A DNA stretch of 64,000 nucleotides from Gemmatimonadota bacterium. GTDB taxonomy: Bacteria > Gemmatimonadota > Gemmatimonadetes > JACCXV01 > JAHWKZ01. Below are positions 25,907 through 34,535 of the stretch, in pieces. The stretch is taken from positions 543-64,542 of the forward strand of contig DATKCO010000003.1 of the NCBI GenBank assembly GCA_035513155.1. Direction: 5' to 3'. The position numbers and the translations under genes are program-made. Within the stretch, counting starts at the first letter, position 1. Each line of letters starts with the position of its first letter. The notes below the pieces were generated by a model. It ran no database searches. It had not been told where the DNA came from and worked only from the letters and a program-made list of their open reading frames with translations.

Positions 25907-27289
25907 ATGGACATGGTCGTCCGCAGCCGAAGGGTCGTCCTCCCCGACGAGGTGCGCCCCGCAACCGTCGGGATCGCGAAGGGGAGGATCGTCGCCGTGA
26001 CGTCCAAGGAAGCGTCCTTTCCGGGCGTCCCGGAGATTGACGCAGGGGAGTCCGTCGTGATGGCGGGCCTCGTCGACTCGCATGTTCACGTCGACGACCC
26101 CGGGCGCGCCGAGTGGGAGGGGTTCGAGACGGCGGGGCGCGCGGCCGCCGCCGGCGGCACGACGACGATCGTCGACATGCCGCTGAACTCCATCCCCGCG
26201 ACGACGACGGTGGCCGCGCTCGACGCGAAGGTGGCGGCGGCCACGGGCGTCTGCCGGGTGGACTTCGGGATGTGGGGCGGGATCGTGCCGGGGAACGGCG
26301 CCGAGCTGGCCGCGCTCCTGGCGCACGGAGCGCTCGGGCTCAAGGCGTTCCTCGTGCCCTCCGGAGTCGAGGAGTTCCCGCCCGTCGAAGACGAGGAGCT
26401 GGGAGCGGCGATGGCCCGGGTGGCGGGCTCCGGCGCGCCCGTGCTCGTTCACGCCGAGGACGCCGGCGAGCTCGCCCGGGCCGGCACCGACGCCCTCGCG
26501 GCGCGCCCTGCTTCCTACGCGGCGTGGCTCGCCTCGCGACCCGGCGTAGCGGAGGCACGCGCGGTGGCACGCGTCGCGGCGCTCGCCGGCCGAACGGGAG
26601 CCCGGGCCCACGTCGTCCACGTGGCCGGAGCCGAGGCGCTCGCCGAGGTGGCGCGCGCACGCGCGGCCGGCATTCCCCTGACGGCCGAGACGTGCCCGCA
26701 CTACCTCGACTTCATCGCCGCCGACGTCCCCGACGGCGACACGCGCTTCAAGTGCGCGCCTCCGATCCGCGGGGCGGCCGACCGGGAAGCCCTCTGGCGC
26801 GGCCTCCTCGATCGAACGCTCGACCTGATCGCCTCCGATCACTCCCCGTGCCCTCCCGGTCTCAAGGTCCCCCGCGACTTCGCCCGTTCGTGGGGCGGGA
26901 TCGCGGGGCTGGAGCTCAGGCTGCCGGCGGTGTGGACCGAGGCGCGGACGCGGGGCGCGACGCTGGTCGATCTGGCGCGCTGGCTCGCGGCCGGCCCCGC
27001 GCGGCTGGCCGGGGTCGCGGCGCGGAAGGGCCGGATCGCTCCCGGGTTCGACGCGGACCTCGTCGTCTGGGATCCCGAGCGGGAGCGGACCGTCGACGGA
27101 CCCTCCCTCCACCAGCGCCACGGGTCGACGCCGTGGGAGGGCCGGACGCTCGCCGGCGTCGTCGAGGCGACGATCCTCCGGGGCCGGCTCGTCTACGAGC
27201 GGGGGGCGTTCCCGGGAAGCCCGGCGGGCCGCTGGATCCGACGGAGCCGCGCGGCGCGCGGGCTGATCGCGGCGAGGGTCGGCCGCTGA
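25907..27289 (+). CDS. allB: Allantoinase
   Basis: 'GLVDSHVHVDDPGRAEWEGFETAGRAAAAGGTTTIVDMPLNSIPATT...GLKAFL...HAED...HVVHV' shows the cyclic amidohydrolase metal ligands. The purine-catabolic context supports the call. Confidence 0.9.
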   Translation: MDMVVRSRRVVLPDEVRPATVGIAKGRIVAVTSKEASFPGVPEIDAGESVVMAGLVDSHVHVDDPGRAEWEGFETAGRAAAAGGTTTIVDMPLNSIPATTTVAALDAKVAAATGVCRVDFGMWGGIVPGNGAELAALLAHGALGLKAFLVPSGVEEFPPVEDEELGAAMARVAGSGAPVLVHAEDAGELARAGTDALAARPASYAAWLASRPGVAEARAVARVAALAGRTGARAHVVHVAGAEALAEVARARAAGIPLTAETCPHYLDFIAADVPDGDTRFKCAPPIRGAADREALWRGLLDRTLDLIASDHSPCPPGLKVPRDFARSWGGIAGLELRLPAVWTEARTRGATLVDLARWLAAGPARLAGVAARKGRIAPGFDADLVVWDPERERTVDGPSLHQRHGSTPWEGRTLAGVVEATILRGRLVYERGAFPGSPAGRWIRRSRAARGLIAARVGR

Positions 27290-28308
27290 GCGAGTTCCTC
27301 CATCTGCCCGATCTCGCCGCGCGGCGGCTCGGTGGCCGGGCTCTCCTCGCGAACGACGAGTTCTTCGCGCCCAAGGAATGCCTGGTGGCGGACGAGCCGC
27401 CGATGTATGACCCCGCCCGCTACACGGATCACGGCAAGTGGATGGACGGCTGGGAGACCCGTCGGCGGCGGGAGCCCGGGGAGGACTGGTGCATCGTCGG
27501 ACTCGGCCTGGCGGGCGACGTGCGGGGGGTCGTCATCGACACCCGCCACTTCCGGGGCAACCACCCGGAGCGCGCGGCCGTCGACGCCTGCGCGACCGCC
27601 TCGGATCCGCGGGACCCCGGCGCGGCCGAAGCGCTGGCCTGGACTCGGATCGTGCCCGAGGTGCCGCTCGAGGCCGATGCGCTGAACGTGTTCCCGGTCG
27701 AGACGGCGGGGCGGTGGACGCACGTCCGGCTCGTCATCGTGCCGGACGGCGGGGTGGCGCGGCTCCGGGTCCACGGGGTCGCGATCCCGGAGGAGGGCGG
27801 AGGGGTGTCCGGGACCACCGATCTCGCGTCCGTGGACGTCGGTGGAGCGGTCCTGGCGTGCAGCGACGCCTTCTTCTGCGCTCCCGGGAACCTCCTCCTG
27901 GCGGGCCCGCCGGCGGGCATGCACGACGGCTGGGAGACGCGGCGGCGGCGCGGGCCCGGCCACGACTGGGTCGTCGTCCACCTCGGCCGTCGCGGGATCC
28001 TCGAGCGGGTCGAGGTCGATACCCGGTTCTTCAAGGGGAATCACCCCGGGAGCTGCGATCTCGAGGCACACGACGCGGGACCGGGGGGAGAGGCGCCGGG
28101 GGAGGCCCGCCGGCGAGACCGCGCCGTCCTGGTCGAGCCGGCGACGTGGGCGCCCGCGCTCGCGGACCGCCCGCTGGGGCCCGACCGCGTCCACGTGTTC
28201 GAGCCGCCGGACCTGGCGGAGCTCCCCGCCACCCACGTCCGGCTGCGGATCCACCCCGACGGCGGCGTGGCGCGCCTTCGGGTGCACGGCCGGCCGACCG
28301 CCGGATGA
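27286..28308 (+). CDS. alc: Allantoicase (start codon uncertain; the only candidate near the conserved N-terminus is CTG at 27286)
   Basis: 'LPDLAARRLGGRALLANDEFFAPKECL...YTDHGKWMDGWETRRRR...DTRHFRGNHP', with the second repeat 'MHDGWETRRRRGPGHDW...DTRFFKGNHP' (two allantoicase repeats). Confidence 0.85.
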   Translation: MSEFLHLPDLAARRLGGRALLANDEFFAPKECLVADEPPMYDPARYTDHGKWMDGWETRRRREPGEDWCIVGLGLAGDVRGVVIDTRHFRGNHPERAAVDACATASDPRDPGAAEALAWTRIVPEVPLEADALNVFPVETAGRWTHVRLVIVPDGGVARLRVHGVAIPEEGGGVSGTTDLASVDVGGAVLACSDAFFCAPGNLLLAGPPAGMHDGWETRRRRGPGHDWVVVHLGRRGILERVEVDTRFFKGNHPGSCDLEAHDAGPGGEAPGEARRRDRAVLVEPATWAPALADRPLGPDRVHVFEPPDLAELPATHVRLRIHPDGGVARLRVHGRPTAG

Positions 28309-28826
28309 CTGCCGAGCCCGGCCTCGCCCGCCTCAACGCGCTGCCGGAAGCCGCCGCCCGTGCCGAGCTCCTCGCGTGCTGCGGGTCGGAGCGCTGGGCG
28401 TTACGGGTCGCCGCGGCGCGGCCCTTCGCGTCGGTCGCCGCTCTGCGCGAGATGGCGCGTGAAGCGTGGTACGATCTCGATCCGGACGACCGCCGGGAGG
28501 CGTTCGCCGCCCATCCGGAGATCGGCGGCGAGCGGGAGGGATCCGATCCCACCCGGGCGTGGTCCCGTCGGGAGCAGTCGTCGATGGAGGAGGCCGAAGG
28601 CGAGACCCGCGCCCAGCTGGCCGCGGGACAGCGCGCCTACCGCGAGCGTTTCGGCTATATCTTCCTGATCCGCGCGACCGGACGGAGCCCCGAGGAGATG
28701 CTGTCCGCGCTCCGCCGCCGGCTCGGCCACGACCCCGAGGAAGAGCTCGCGGTGGCCTCCGACGAGCAGTGGGAGATCACCGAGATCCGTCTCGCGCGTC
28801 TTCTCGAGCAGGAGGGAGTCTCGTGA
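28305..28826 (+). CDS. uraD: 2-oxo-4-hydroxy-4-carboxy-5-ureidoimidazoline (OHCU) decarboxylase
   Basis: 'LNALPEAAARAELLACCGSERWA...AFAAHPEIGG...YRERFGYIFLIRATGRSPEEML'. ATGA overlap with alc. Confidence 0.9.
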   Translation: MTAEPGLARLNALPEAAARAELLACCGSERWALRVAAARPFASVAALREMAREAWYDLDPDDRREAFAAHPEIGGEREGSDPTRAWSRREQSSMEEAEGETRAQLAAGQRAYRERFGYIFLIRATGRSPEEMLSALRRRLGHDPEEELAVASDEQWEITEIRLARLLEQEGVS

Positions 28827-29158
28827 GCATCACGACCCACGTCCTGGACGTGGCCGCCGGGCGGCCGGCCGCCGGCATCGAAGTCAAGCTCTTCGAGCGG
28901 AACCGCCATGGGGAGTGGCGGGACCGGGGGCGGGGGGTCACGAACGACGACGGGCGCGCCGACGGCCTCCTCCCGAACGGCCTGGAGCCGTCCACCTACC
29001 GGTTGCGGTTCGAGGTTTCCGAGTACTTCGAGCGCCAGGGGACTTCCACCTTCTTCCCGTTCGTCGACGTCGTCTTCCAGGTGGCCGACCCGGAAGGCCG
29101 GTATCACGTGCCACTGCTCCTCTCGCCCTGGGGATACTCGACCTACCGGGGGAGCTGA
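28823..29158 (+). CDS. uraH: 5-hydroxyisourate hydrolase (transthyretin-like)
   Basis: 'ITTHVLDVAAGRPAAGIEV...YHVPLLLSPWGYSTYRGS' carries the C-terminal YRGS signature. GTGA overlap with uraD. Confidence 0.9.
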   Translation: MSITTHVLDVAAGRPAAGIEVKLFERNRHGEWRDRGRGVTNDDGRADGLLPNGLEPSTYRLRFEVSEYFERQGTSTFFPFVDVVFQVADPEGRYHVPLLLSPWGYSTYRGS

Positions 29159-29162
29159 GTCG

Positions 29163-30338
29163 ATGATGGGGTGGGCGGAGCTCGCCGCGCGCTGGCTCCA
29201 CGTGATCGCCGGCATCGCGTGGATCGGCACGTCGTTCTACTTCATCCGGCTGAACGCCGTCCTCAGGCCCGCGGGCGAGCCTGAGGCGGGCGTCGAGGGC
29301 GAGGCGTGGGAGGTCCACGGCGGCGGGTTCTACCGGGTGGCGAAGTACCGGGGCGCCCCGGGCGCGATGCCGAACGAGCTCCACTGGTTCAAGTGGGAGG
29401 CGTACGCGACGTGGCTCTCGGGCGCGTGCCTCCTCGTCCTCGTGTACTACCTGGGCGCCGACGCGTACCTGCTGAACCTGGCGGCCCGGGACATCGGCGC
29501 GGGGACGGGGATCGCGATCGGGGTCGGCTCGGTCGCCGCCGGGTGGCTCGTCTACGAGGCGCTCTGCCGGAGCCCGCTGATCCGGTGGCCGGGGTGGTTC
29601 GCCGGGCTCGGGCTGGCGCTCGCGACCGGGGCCGCGTGGGCGCTCTCCCAGTGGCTGAGCGCCCGGGCCTCCTACATGCACGTCGGGGCCGCCGTGGGCA
29701 CGATCATGGCGGCGAACGTCTTCCTCGTCATCATCCCCGCCCACCGCCACCTCGTGGCCGCCGTCAAGGCCGGGCGGGAGCCCGACGCCAGCCTGGGGAG
29801 GGCCGCGGCCCAACGCTCCCTCCACAACAACTACCTCACCCTGCCGGTCGTCTTCGTCATGATCTCGAACCACTATCCGATGACGTATGCACATCCACAG
29901 GGGTGGCTGATCCTCGGCGCGCTGGGATGGGTGGGCGGATACATCCGCCACTACTACAACCTGCGCCACGCGGGCCGCGACCGGCCGTGGATGCTGGCCG
30001 TCGCGGCGGCGGCGTTCGCCGCCGTCGCGCTGCTCGCGACCGTCGGCGCGCCCGGATCGCGGGAGGCGGGAGCCGACGAAGCGACGGTCGGGCTGGCGGA
30101 GGTGCGGGAGGTGATCGCGGTCCGCTGCGCGCCATGCCATTCCGCCGATCCCGTCCACGAGCTCTTCGACGCCCCGCCGGCGGGGATCGCCTTCGACACC
30201 GAGGAGGAGATCCGGGCCCGCGCGGCCGAGATCCACGCGGTCACGGTCGAGACCCGGATCATGCCGCTCGGGAACCTGACCGGAATGACCGAAGAAGAGC
30301 GCGCGCTGGTGGGGCGCTGGGCGCGACAGACGAGATGA
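29163..30338 (+). CDS. puuD: Membrane cytochrome-c urate hydroxylase (PuuD-like)
   Basis: The polytopic N-terminus 'WLHVIAGIAWIGTSFYFIRLN' is followed by a C-terminal haem-c motif 'VRCAPCHS'. It lies immediately after uraH. Confidence 0.8.
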   Translation: MMGWAELAARWLHVIAGIAWIGTSFYFIRLNAVLRPAGEPEAGVEGEAWEVHGGGFYRVAKYRGAPGAMPNELHWFKWEAYATWLSGACLLVLVYYLGADAYLLNLAARDIGAGTGIAIGVGSVAAGWLVYEALCRSPLIRWPGWFAGLGLALATGAAWALSQWLSARASYMHVGAAVGTIMAANVFLVIIPAHRHLVAAVKAGREPDASLGRAAAQRSLHNNYLTLPVVFVMISNHYPMTYAHPQGWLILGALGWVGGYIRHYYNLRHAGRDRPWMLAVAAAAFAAVALLATVGAPGSREAGADEATVGLAEVREVIAVRCAPCHSADPVHELFDAPPAGIAFDTEEEIRARAAEIHAVTVETRIMPLGNLTGMTEEERALVGRWARQTR

Positions 30339-30398
30339 GAGAAAGGTAGTACACTCCAGGTGCAGCCAATCTCCGCAACTCGAGACGAGGAGTGGCTC

Positions 30399-30749
30399 GT
30401 GCAGATTCAAGTCAACACGGACAGAACGATCAAGGGTGACGAGGATTTGACGCAGCAGGTCCGGGCTGAGGTAGAGGCGAGACTGGGACGTTTCGGTGAC
30501 CGAATCACGCGCATCGAGGTTCATCTCGGTGATGAGAATAGTCACAAGTCACGCGGGGACGACAAGAGGTGCCTGATAGAGGTCCGGCCTGCAGGGCTCA
30601 AACCCGTCGTTGCGACGCACCGAGCCCCGAGTGTCGCTCTGGCCCTCGAAGGGGCGGCGGATAAGGTGGAAAGGCTCCTCGATGGAGCCCTCGAGAGGCT
30701 GTTCGATCCCAAGGGGAGGACCCCCTACGGAGGGGATCCGGAAGCGTGA
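30399..30749 (+). CDS. HPF/RaiA-family ribosome-associated protein (short form)
   Basis: The GTG at 30399 is preceded by GAGGAG. 'VQIQVNTDRTIKGDEDLTQQVRAEVEARLGRFGDRITRIEVHLGDENSHKSRGDDKRCLIEVR'. Confidence 0.7.
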   Translation: MQIQVNTDRTIKGDEDLTQQVRAEVEARLGRFGDRITRIEVHLGDENSHKSRGDDKRCLIEVRPAGLKPVVATHRAPSVALALEGAADKVERLLDGALERLFDPKGRTPYGGDPEA

Positions 30750-30773
30750 GAGACTCTCTCGAGGAGAATACCC

Positions 30774-31943
30774 ATGCCTCAATATGCCGAAACCAGTCAT
30801 ATCTCCCAGTTGCTGGCGGATCATCAGCCGCCCTGCCTCTCGCTGTATCAACCCACTCACCGACATCACCCCGATAATCGCCAGGACCTGATTCGCTATC
30901 GGAACCTCGTTCGAGAGCTCGAGGACTCCCTGAACCGGAAGTATCCGGCGCGAGATGTGTCCTCGCTCATGAAGGAGTTTCAGGGGCTGGCCACAGACGG
31001 CGAATTCTGGAACCATCGCACGGATGGACTGGCGATCCTGGCTGCGCCCGGCGCGTTCCAGGTCTTCGAGCTCCAGCGTGCCGTGCCGGAGCTTGTCGTC
31101 GTGGCGGACAGCTTTCATCTCAAACCCCTCATTCGGATCGTCCAGTCGGCCGACCGATACCAAATCCTGTGCCTGAACCGACACGCCGCCCGACTCTATG
31201 AAGGCAACCGTGACACCCTGGACCCGGTGGATCTTACGAACCTGCCCGCGACCATCACGGAGGCGCTCGGGGAGGAATTGACCGAGCCACACCAGACCGT
31301 AGCCTCGTACGGGGAGGTCAGAAGCATGCCCGGTGGCTCGCGAGGTCAGCAGGCCATGCACCATGGACATGGGGCGAAGAAGGACGAAGTCGATATCGAC
31401 ATCAAGCGCTTTTTCCGGGTCATCGACCGAGGAATCCTCGAACACCATTCGCGCCCATCGGGTCTGCCGCTGATGCTCGCGGCCTTGGCCGAGCATCACG
31501 GGCCATTCCGCGCAATCAGCCAGAATCCTCACTTGTTGCCCGACGGAATCACGACGAACCCCGATGCGCTTTCAGTGGATCAGCTACGGGTCGAAGCATG
31601 GCGGAAGATCGAGCCCATCTATCTCGACCGACTCGCTCGTCTGGTGGACGCTTATCAGGTGGCGAAATCCCGCCGCCTCGGGTCGGATGACGTGCTGGAG
31701 GTCGCAGTCGCGGCAAGCGCAGGGCGGATCGACACGCTGCTGGTCGAAGCCGATCGGCAGGTTCCCGGTCGGATGCAACCGGAAACCGGCGAGATCGAGT
31801 TCGGCGATCTGGCCGATCCCGACACCGACGATGTCCTCGATGACGTCGCGGAGCTCACCCTTCGCATGAAAGGCCGGGTCGTCGTGGTTCCCGGGGAGCG
31901 AATGCCCAGCACGACCGGCCTGGCGGCAACCTACCGGTCGTAG
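30774..31943 (+). CDS. Bacterial archaeo-eukaryotic release-factor-like (baeRF/eRF1-fold) protein
   Basis: The N-terminal pattern 'ISQLLADHQPPCLSLYQPTHRHHPDNRQDLIRYRNLVRELEDSL' resembles baeRF-family proteins as I remember them. It has a Gln-containing loop 'PGGSRGQQ' (aa 186-193). GAGGAG RBS. Function is assigned from recalled family resemblance only. Confidence 0.55.
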   Translation: MPQYAETSHISQLLADHQPPCLSLYQPTHRHHPDNRQDLIRYRNLVRELEDSLNRKYPARDVSSLMKEFQGLATDGEFWNHRTDGLAILAAPGAFQVFELQRAVPELVVVADSFHLKPLIRIVQSADRYQILCLNRHAARLYEGNRDTLDPVDLTNLPATITEALGEELTEPHQTVASYGEVRSMPGGSRGQQAMHHGHGAKKDEVDIDIKRFFRVIDRGILEHHSRPSGLPLMLAALAEHHGPFRAISQNPHLLPDGITTNPDALSVDQLRVEAWRKIEPIYLDRLARLVDAYQVAKSRRLGSDDVLEVAVAASAGRIDTLLVEADRQVPGRMQPETGEIEFGDLADPDTDDVLDDVAELTLRMKGRVVVVPGERMPSTTGLAATYRS

Positions 31944-31955
31944 GGGAGAGCTAGC

Positions 31956-33215
31956 CTAGTCGCTCTCGGCGCGACCCTGTAGGATGGCGAGGAACGACCG
32001 CGTCCGGAGCTCCTCCAGCGAGAGGCCGGTCGCCAGCGCCTCCTCCTCCGTGATCGCCCCGCAGCCGGTTCCCCGCAGGAAGAAGTTCAGCAGCGCCTGG
32101 CCGGTGGCGGCGTCGTCGAACACATCGCCGGTCAGGGTCGCCCGCGCGGCCCGCTCGACGAAGCGGGAAAGCCGCTCGGTCGCGGCTTCGAGCGCCTCGA
32201 GGAAGAACGCGTACACGGCGGCGTAGCGGGTCGGGAGCTGGGCGGGGTGGAGGTCCCATCCCTGGTAAAAGCCGTGGCGCAGGGAGTGGCGAACGTGCCG
32301 GTAGTGGAGCGCCCAGCCGCGGTGGACGGCGGCGCGGTTCTCGGCTTCCTCCTCGGAGGTCAGAGAGCGACCCTCCGCGGCCCGATGGGGCGGCGCCGGC
32401 ATGACGTTCGTCGCCCCGTCGGACAGCCATACGCCGGAGTCGGATAGCGAGACTTGCATCATGTGACGCGCGAAGTCACAGGCCGGGTGGTCGAGATCCT
32501 GGTGGAGCGCGGTGATCCCGAGCGAAGCCGTGTAGTCGTAGATGCCGAAGTGGGCGGCCGCGCAGCGGCCGCGTCCCGCCGCCACCAGCGCGGGCAGGGG
32601 ACACGACCCGTCGGGCCCGAGGATCGACTGCGGGGTCTCGACCATGATCTCGAGCCGGATCGCGCCGGGGGCGAGGCCGGCCCGCTCCTCGAGCGCGTCC
32701 AGCAGGTCGGCGAGGACCGCGACCTGTTCGGGGACGACAACCTTGGGGTCGGTGACGAAGAGTGGCTCGGGGAGCACGCCACCGCTGGTCTCCAGGAGCG
32801 CGTCGAGGAAGATCTCGAGCGTCCGCCCGGCCCGCCCCGCGAGCTGCTCGGTGAAGGGCTTGACGCGGATCCCGAGGAACGGCGGAAGCGTCCCCTCGGC
32901 CAGCCCGCGCGCGACCTCGCGACCCGCGGCCCCGGCGGCGGCGTCCTCCTCGGCGTCGGGGCGGTTCCCGAAGCCGTCCTCGAAGTCGATCCGGAAATCC
33001 TCGACGGGCTCGATCTCGAGCTTTCGCACGATCCGCTCCCGCACCGGGTCCGCGAGCCGGGCGTCCATCCCCAGGACGTCGGCGAGTGTTTCGGCGTCGG
33101 GCGCCCACGCGTCGAGCGCCCGCAGCGCGAGGTCGCCGAGCCGTCGGGCGGTGTCGGCGCGGAAGAGATCCGCCCCTCCGTAGACGGTATGGACGGGCTG
33201 GCGGGACTCGGGCAT
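31956..33215 (-). CDS. HpcH/HpaI-aldolase / citrate-lyase-beta / malate-synthase-like TIM-barrel protein
   Basis: The internal ATG at 33215 gives 'MPESRQPVHTVYGGADLF'. Motifs 'FRIDFEDGFG' and 'IRLEIMVETPQ' resemble the CitE/HpcH metal-binding pattern. The exact family is not resolved. Confidence 0.5.
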   Translation of the reverse strand: MPESRQPVHTVYGGADLFRADTARRLGDLALRALDAWAPDAETLADVLGMDARLADPVRERIVRKLEIEPVEDFRIDFEDGFGNRPDAEEDAAAGAAGREVARGLAEGTLPPFLGIRVKPFTEQLAGRAGRTLEIFLDALLETSGGVLPEPLFVTDPKVVVPEQVAVLADLLDALEERAGLAPGAIRLEIMVETPQSILGPDGSCPLPALVAAGRGRCAAAHFGIYDYTASLGITALHQDLDHPACDFARHMMQVSLSDSGVWLSDGATNVMPAPPHRAAEGRSLTSEEEAENRAAVHRGWALHYRHVRHSLRHGFYQGWDLHPAQLPTRYAAVYAFFLEALEAATERLSRFVERAARATLTGDVFDDAATGQALLNFFLRGTGCGAITEEEALATGLSLEELRTRSFLAILQGRAESD

Positions 33216-33225
33216 GCGCCGGGGT

Positions 33226-34068
33226 CTACCGGCCGCCCGCGGAAGCCGGCAGGACGGCGTCGTAGAGGACGCGCGCCAGGACTCGGGATCGGTACCGGGC
33301 GCTCGACCGCACGTCGTCGATGGGGGAGACGTCGGCGCGGAGCGCCTCATCGAGGTCCTCGGGGTCGCGCGGGGGAGGTCCCGCCTCGAGTCGGGCCTCG
33401 ACGGTGGGGCAGCGACGCACGGTCGGGGCCACGCTGGCGGCGACGACGCGCCAGCCGGCGTCGTCGGAGCGGGTCACCGCGAGCCCGACCTTGGCGATCG
33501 CCTGCGCCCGCCGCGGCCCGACCTTGACGAACCGCTGGAGGGCGTAGCGCCGGAGGGGGAGGCGGATCGCGACCACGAGCTCGTCCGCGCGCCGGACGCT
33601 CTCCCGGTACCCGGTGTAGAAGGCGTCGAGCGGCACCTCCCGGCGCCCGTCGCGCGCGGCCAGCACGACCGTGGCGTCGTACGCCATGAGGACCGGCACC
33701 CCGTCGGCGGCGGGCGAGCCGTTCACGATGTTGCCGGCCCAGGTGCCCCGGGACTGGATCTGGATCGCCCCCACCTGGCGGGCGGCCTCGACGAGGAGCG
33801 GGAACACAGCGGGAACGCGGGGATTCACGATCACGTCCCAGTAGCTCGCGAGGGCCCCCAGCTCCAGCCCGTCGGCGCTCCAACGGAGCCCGCGGAGGGC
33901 ATCGATCCTCACGAGGTCGAGGAGGTCCCGCCCGTGCTGATCGACCTTCTGCGGCCAGTGGACGAAGAGGTCGGTGCCGCCGGCGACGGGAAGGAGGGAG
34001 TCGCCGTCCGGGCGGTCGGCCAGGAGATCCAAGGCCGCCCCCAGCCCGGTCGGCCGCCGGACGGTCAC
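33226..34068 (-). CDS. Molybdenum hydroxylase FAD-binding (medium) subunit, system 1
   Basis: The GTG at 34068 directly abuts the upstream stop. 'LLPVAGGTDLFVHWPQ...GTWAGNIVNGSPAADGVPVLMAYDATVVL' is the CO-dehydrogenase-flavoprotein/XdhB pattern. Confidence 0.85.
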   Translation of the reverse strand: MTVRRPTGLGAALDLLADRPDGDSLLPVAGGTDLFVHWPQKVDQHGRDLLDLVRIDALRGLRWSADGLELGALASYWDVIVNPRVPAVFPLLVEAARQVGAIQIQSRGTWAGNIVNGSPAADGVPVLMAYDATVVLAARDGRREVPLDAFYTGYRESVRRADELVVAIRLPLRRYALQRFVKVGPRRAQAIAKVGLAVTRSDDAGWRVVAASVAPTVRRCPTVEARLEAGPPPRDPEDLDEALRADVSPIDDVRSSARYRSRVLARVLYDAVLPASAGGR

Positions 34069-34535
34069 GCGGACCCCGGCGGGGAACCGAACCGCCCTGC
34101 GAGCGCGGCCTCGACGCCCTCTATGATCCCATCGTAACCCGTGCACCGGCAGATATTTCCCGCCATGAGCTCACGTATGGTATGAGATCGGAGGAGATCG
34201 GGGTTCTCGACGATCCAGAGCGCCGTCATGACGACCCCGGGGGTGCAGGCGCCGCACTGGGTCGCCCCGCTCGCGAGGAACGGTCGGAGGCGGTCCGGAT
34301 CAATCGACTCGATCGTCCGGACGTCGCGGCCGGCGACCTGGAACGCCGGGACGAGACAGGCGTCGGTGGGGAGCCCGTCGAGCCAGACCGTGCACGCCCC
34401 GCATTCGCCCTCGCTGCATCCGTCCTTGGTGCCGGTGAGGCCCAGGTCGTACCGCAGGACGTCGAGGAGGCGGGCGACGGGGTCGACGCGCAGCGCGGCG
34501 GGCCGCCCGTTCAGGGTGAAGTCGAGCTCAAGCAC
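34065..34535 (-). CDS. Molybdenum hydroxylase [2Fe-2S] (small) subunit, system 1
   Basis: 'GTKDGCSEGECGACTV' and 'QCGACTPGVVM...GNICRCTGY' are the two canonical 2Fe-2S motifs. Confidence 0.9.
   Translation of the reverse strand: MLELDFTLNGRPAALRVDPVARLLDVLRYDLGLTGTKDGCSEGECGACTVWLDGLPTDACLVPAFQVAGRDVRTIESIDPDRLRPFLASGATQCGACTPGVVMTALWIVENPDLLRSHTIRELMAGNICRCTGYDGIIEGVEAALAGRFGSPPGSA

Noticed and set aside
25823-27121. Upstream 430 codons of the 575-aa minus ORF containing the GroES-like gene
   Set aside because: This part is antisense to allantoinase and Arg/Gly/Pro-rich. Only the last 143 codons, from ATG 25822, resemble Cpn10.
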